Below, one piece after another: positions 59,863-64,000 of a stretch of 64,000 nucleotides of DNA (the stretch's first letter is position 1; each line of letters starts with the position of its first letter). Position numbers and translations under genes: made by a program. Origin of the DNA: an uncultured virus (IMG/VR IMGVR_UViG_3300047661_000097) (taxonomy: Duplodnaviria; Heunggongvirae; Uroviricota; Caudoviricetes); the IMG/VR virus record IMGVR_UViG_3300047661_000097. One strand, given 5' to 3'. The notes below the pieces were generated by a model, which did no database searches, had not been told where the DNA came from, and saw only the letters and a list, made by a program, of their open reading frames with translations.

Positions 59863-61575
59863 TCATACGCTCTCCATTTGGTTGAATAGCGGCGCATCAG
59901 CTTCTATCCGTAGCTGTGCAATCTTTACGTAATCAGGATTCATCTCAATACCAATAAAATTGAATCCTTCACGTATAGCCGCAATTCCTGTGCTTCCCGA
60001 GCCCATAAACAAATCAAGAACTGTGCCTTTTGGCGGCGTCACTAATCGGCAAAGATAAGCCATTAGTGCTATAGGTTTGACCGTTGGATGGAAATTCTGC
60101 GCACTGCGGTCCGTTCCATCGGACTGAAAAGTCCCCGGCGATTGCGTTCCAGCCGACCACAGCAACGGTTTCTTGTCCATCGCTTCGCATCCGCGGTTAC
60201 GCTCTTCGCGGCTTGCTTTCGCACAATAAATCAAACTATGTTGAAAGTCCTTCTCCCCATGTTCCAAGTTCTTCGGCATGATGCTGAATATGGCATTTAC
60301 GACAGAGCCGTTCTGTCTGGAGAGGCTGGTCGTAATCTTCGTGATGCCGGTCTGCACACGGAGCACCACACTTTGTACATGGCCGATTTTTTGGGTCAAA
60401 TCTTCGGGCGGCTGCTCGAGCCAGGACTTTCTTCCTAAACTCTGGATCGTCTCTGTAACGCTTGTTGCGATCTGCCTTAATTCGTTCAGCGTTACGTTCG
60501 TAAAAGGTTCCGGGAAGACGACCTTTAAGCGCAGCTCCACGGGGAGTGCCTCGCTGACTGCATGATCGAGAACAGTAGACGCGAGTTTGCTTGGCAGGCA
60601 AGAAAAGCCGTCCACAGAATGCACAAGGTTTGAGAGACCGCTTTGCTCCAGCCATTCTCTGTCCTCCAGTGAACAGGTTTTAAAGAACCGCGCTGCAGAG
60701 CCCTTATCGAGACGGGGTTCCCAACCATAGCCATTGGTCCCAAATTTCCCGTATACATTTTGCTGGGTGCGTTGGCCATCGTCGCTGGCACGTAGCTGCC
60801 CCGGCGCATCTGGAAATGCTGCCAACACTTCGTCGCTGCCATCATGAATAACATTAGCTGGCCAGCGACCCAATTCCGGCGTGTTATACGGTGTACTACT
60901 CTCTCCAACAAACGATTTAGCGCCGCTGGTTCGCCCGTAATTGTGGTGTGGAAGTTCTCCAGAAATTCGGCACGCATCGATATTCAACGCACCGGTTCTA
61001 TACTCCAAAACATTGGCCGCCACGGTGCCCACCAGCGGCTTGCGAGCAACAACAATCGGCTCGTGCGCCGGTTTCAACGCTGTGCCAAATCCTTGCCACT
61101 GCTGCGCGGCATCGGTCGCTGGAGCCGTAATTGGTTGCGGCGGATAATCATAGCTAACCTTTCTCGTTTCGCTATAACGTTGCGTTGCTTTTCCACGCTT
61201 ATAACGCGCAGGGGCCACAATCGCCCGTTCCACCTTTGCGGCCTTATCGATCGCTTTTGATACGTCGACCGATTTAGGAAATCCGCTGCCATAGATCCAC
61301 ATAATCTGATCGCGGATCTCGAATCCCGCATCTTCAACGGCACACGCCAGCCGGTGATACGTGCGGCTTCCGCCAAAGGCCAGCAGATAACCACCAGGCT
61401 TTAACACTCGCAATGCTTGCTTCCACATCAACACGGAATAAGAAATTCCAGTTGCATCCCACTTTTTCCCCATAAAACCAAGTTCATATGGAGGATCGGT
61501 AACGATGGAATCCACCGTCGCATCGGCCAGCGTTTGCAATTGCTCCATCACATCGCCCTCCAAAATTCGGTACAT
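59863..61575 (-). CDS. N4/N6 DNA methyltransferase (beta class) with 151-codon insertion
   Basis: TDPPY, HPTVKP and LDLFMGSGSTG motifs. Confidence 0.9.
   Translation of the reverse strand: MYRILEGDVMEQLQTLADATVDSIVTDPPYELGFMGKKWDATGISYSVLMWKQALRVLKPGGYLLAFGGSRTYHRLACAVEDAGFEIRDQIMWIYGSGFPKSVDVSKAIDKAAKVERAIVAPARYKRGKATQRYSETRKVSYDYPPQPITAPATDAAQQWQGFGTALKPAHEPIVVARKPLVGTVAANVLEYRTGALNIDACRISGELPHHNYGRTSGAKSFVGESSTPYNTPELGRWPANVIHDGSDEVLAAFPDAPGQLRASDDGQRTQQNVYGKFGTNGYGWEPRLDKGSAARFFKTCSLEDREWLEQSGLSNLVHSVDGFSCLPSKLASTVLDHAVSEALPVELRLKVVFPEPFTNVTLNELRQIATSVTETIQSLGRKSWLEQPPEDLTQKIGHVQSVVLRVQTGITKITTSLSRQNGSVVNAIFSIMPKNLEHGEKDFQHSLIYCAKASREERNRGCEAMDKKPLLWSAGTQSPGTFQSDGTDRSAQNFHPTVKPIALMAYLCRLVTPPKGTVLDLFMGSGSTGIAAIREGFNFIGIEMNPDYVKIAQLRIEADAPLFNQMESV
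60236..60655 (-). CDS. Zn-finger/HNH-type endonuclease nested in another frame of the methyltransferase
   Basis: GGAGG RBS; CAFC, YCSRSC and CTKC...HHEDYDQPL...LCRKCHIQHH. Confidence 0.7.
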   Translation of the reverse strand: MAGAKRSLKPCAFCGRLFLPAKQTRVYCSRSCSQRGTPRGAALKGRLPGTFYERNAERIKADRNKRYRDDPEFRKKVLARAAARRFDPKNRPCTKCGAPCADRHHEDYDQPLQTERLCRKCHIQHHAEELGTWGEGLST

Positions 61576-61815
61576 TTGCTCTCCGCCGTTATCTGCTAAA
61601 AGCACACTTATTTTTTCTTAAAGATGCTTGCGCCATTCTGTCTTCAGCGTCCCACCGCAATGTATCCAATTCGCAAATACGGCTTAGCGCAATATTCCGG
61701 TCGAGCAAGTGATCGTCGGCGGCCTTGGCCAACGCCCGCCGAAAGAGTTTTAGCTCTAGCGGATTCATTGAAACCTTTACCCGCACTTCCGTCATATCTT
61801 TACCTTTCTTGCGCA

Positions 61816-63519
61816 TCAATCAACCCAACTGGGTTTAGAAACGCCATGGATATTCGGATCAAAAGGCATTACATTTTCCAAAGGAGCTAACTTTAAATTC
61901 CCGCCCTCGTGCTGAATAATGAATGAAATTGGCTCGCAAGACTCGGCCGCCTTGGTTTCAAACTCCGCCCTGCGCCGTAGCTTTTGTTCACCAGGGTTTT
62001 CTACCGTTAGCCCTATGCTCCATTCCGTCCAACCGTAGATGGCGCTGGCGCCGCGGATTCGTGTAAAAAATCTTCCCGTCGCGTTTTCCTTGCTTACGTG
62101 GTGCACAATACCAATCGAGCATCCAGCCTCTTGCCCAATCTGGCCGATCTTCTTTACCACCTGCGCCATCTCGCCATTGTTGTTCTCATCGCGGTTATGT
62201 ATGCGATTCAGCACATCAAAAACTGCAAATTCTATTTGCCGGTCTTTTAAATCCAAAATCATGTTGGCAAGCTGCTCGTCATCGTCAACGTCAAAATCTC
62301 CAAGTTGCTCACGCGTGTTGATCCACAGCCACCCGCTAACGTCTTCTCGTAAGCCCTTGCCACGCAATAACGCTTGCACCCGCACCTTCGTTAGCACTGG
62401 CGAATCTTCGCGGCTAATGTAGGCAGTGCGCACGCGGCGCGGCACCCTTCTTCCCAACCACGGCTCGCCCGATGCTAATGAAATCAACAGATCAAGCGCC
62501 GCCAGCGATTTTCCCGTCTTGGGCTCCGCGGCAATCAAGCCGTTACCGCCGACTTGAATAACGCCGTCCACCAGCCACTCAATCTCCGCATTGGCTGATT
62601 GCGCCCATTCCACCGCATCTACAAGCCAGTTTTCTCGCTCGGTTGATGCCGTCCAGATCCTGGACTCGCGTATGCGCTTTTTCAGCTCCTCTGGTGAATG
62701 ATTTTCAAGAAAATCGCTAACATCGCTTTTTTCCGGCAACTCGGAGAAGTCGACCATGCGCACGGCATAGGCAAACTTGGTAATCGCCGATGCCGCCGTC
62801 TCGGCATAAATCCGGCCAGGCTCGTCGTTATCGGCAAAGATGATGACTTGCTTGCCGGTAAAATACGGCGCGTAAGAATCCAGCCATTTTGGCGAATGTC
62901 CCTTTTGCCAAGCCCCGTCATGCGTTGTCGTCGCCGCAATCGAAAGCGCGTTTTCGGTGAACAAATTGGCATCAATTAGACTTTGGCAGTCTTTTTCGCC
63001 CTCACAATAAAACGCCACATTGGCCTTGATTAAATCGGGCAGGTTGTACAGAATACGCCGCGTGCGGCTCCCATCCTTGCGATCGATTCCCAGCTTCCAC
63101 TCGCCATTTTCAGGGTGAAACACGCGAAAAGTCTTCTCGCCAATTTCAGGCTCATAGCGCCGCTTTTGGAAAAGCGTCAGCCCGTTCTCGTCGCGGTAAT
63201 CGTAAATGGCCGCCGGCACCCCTAAATTACTTTCTTCCTCGTACCAGCTGGCCGGCGTCGCGCCGGTAATCTTCGCGACATTCGCTTCGGCTTGCTCCAG
63301 GGAGCACGAAGAGAATCTCGCTTCAAACTGAAAAAGATTGCCCTTCGCGCCGCAGGCATGGCAGTTAAATCCGCCGTTGCCGTCAAGGAAAAGCGTGCAC
63401 GATGGATTCTTTTCGTCATGGAAGGCGCAGCGCACGGCAACTTTTTCGCGCGCCGGAATCCTTTGCCCAGGATGCCGGTGCTCGAAGTATTGCCGAATTT
63501 GCTCGAAGCTAAGCTGCAT
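61816..63519 (-). CDS. Primase-helicase (CHC2 zinc finger, TOPRIM, RecA-like/AAA_25 helicase)
   Basis: CAFHDEKNPS...CHAC, CEGEKD, ADND, AEPKTGKS and IVHH..K. Confidence 0.9.
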   Translation of the reverse strand: MQLSFEQIRQYFEHRHPGQRIPAREKVAVRCAFHDEKNPSCTLFLDGNGGFNCHACGAKGNLFQFEARFSSCSLEQAEANVAKITGATPASWYEEESNLGVPAAIYDYRDENGLTLFQKRRYEPEIGEKTFRVFHPENGEWKLGIDRKDGSRTRRILYNLPDLIKANVAFYCEGEKDCQSLIDANLFTENALSIAATTTHDGAWQKGHSPKWLDSYAPYFTGKQVIIFADNDEPGRIYAETAASAITKFAYAVRMVDFSELPEKSDVSDFLENHSPEELKKRIRESRIWTASTERENWLVDAVEWAQSANAEIEWLVDGVIQVGGNGLIAAEPKTGKSLAALDLLISLASGEPWLGRRVPRRVRTAYISREDSPVLTKVRVQALLRGKGLREDVSGWLWINTREQLGDFDVDDDEQLANMILDLKDRQIEFAVFDVLNRIHNRDENNNGEMAQVVKKIGQIGQEAGCSIGIVHHVSKENATGRFFTRIRGASAIYGWTEWSIGLTVENPGEQKLRRRAEFETKAAESCEPISFIIQHEGGNLKLAPLENVMPFDPNIHGVSKPSWVD

Positions 63520-64000
63520 TGCTTCCCTCGTAGGCCCGCATGCCGTTTTTTAATCCCCAGAGCTTTGAAGACATCCATCTGCCTTCGCCAAAAAACTTTT
63601 CAGGGCTCATCGGGGGCGCGCGCAGCTTTTCCCTTTTGGCGCAATCGCAATACTCTTTCCAGGCCACAATCATGCTGTCGCGAACGCCATCGAGATCCCC
63701 AGGATGTTCCTTGAGCGCGAATTTGGCTTGCTCGAAAAGCTGGTCCCTAGCCCATCGCGTGGTGGTTCCAATCGAATCAACCACGGCAGTTGCAATCATG
63801 TGTGCCTCGTCGTTTTCCGTAGAAGAAGCCGCGCGCAGCGCAGGGAGTGGTTCTGCGATATTCCGGAGATCCTCCGGAATTCCCCCCCCTGTTCCCTGTT
63901 CCCTGTTCCCTGTTCCCTGTTCCTGACGGAAATTCTCCGGCGGCTCTCCAGAAATTTCCGGTTGTTCCCCGGAATTTTCCAGGGGATTTCCAGAACTTTT
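63509..64000 (-). CDS. C-terminal part of a phage replication initiator (5' end outside window)
   Basis: Frame appears open upstream of the track's ATG. GGAACAG heptamers encode the EQGTGNR linker seen in phage Rep proteins. Confidence 0.55.
   Translation of the reverse strand, partial: KSSGNPLENSGEQPEISGEPPENFRQEQGTGNREQGTGGGIPEDLRNIAEPLPALRAASSTENDEAHMIATAVVDSIGTTTRWARDQLFEQAKFALKEHPGDLDGVRDSMIVAWKEYCDCAKREKLRAPPMSPEKFFGEGRWMSSKLWGLKNGMRAYEGSNAA
63888..63923. repeat. 7-bp tandem repeat (CCTGTTC)x5
   Basis: Directly visible in the sequence. Confidence 0.85.

Noticed and set aside
1..64000. cas genes, reverse transcriptase/DGR, integrase, self-targeting spacers
   Set aside because: No RuvC, RT or tyrosine-recombinase motifs were recognised. 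No spacer match was noticed by eye, but this was not an exhaustive search.

Overview
The window is a large segment of a tailed dsDNA phage with podovirus-like gene order; an Acidobacteriota host is only an inference from protein style. The minus-strand morphogenesis block (1-32.8 kb) holds ejection-type proteins, tail/fibre proteins, holin, lambda-R-like endolysin, adaptor, capsid, scaffold, portal and an intein-containing terminase. A plus-strand early block (37.4-45 kb) has many small genes behind a shared promoter/operator/leader cassette. A minus-strand block (46-64 kb) carries SSB, a phosphoesterase, a papain-like protease, a DNA methyltransferase, a primase-helicase and the end of a replication initiator. 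The most unusual content is non-coding. (1) Seven tandem ~140-bp promoter-sRNA-terminator cassettes at 44.96-45.93 kb show 7/7 covariation of a predicted pseudoknot around a variable segment. (2) A cas-less, type V-like CRISPR array at 32.8-34.1 kb mixes full 37-nt repeats with handle-only ~21-nt repeats, contains a tRNA-like element, and has a solitary repeat 3 kb away. (3) Five copies of a terminator/antiterminator-like leader punctuate the late operon. All calls were made by eye; no searches were run.
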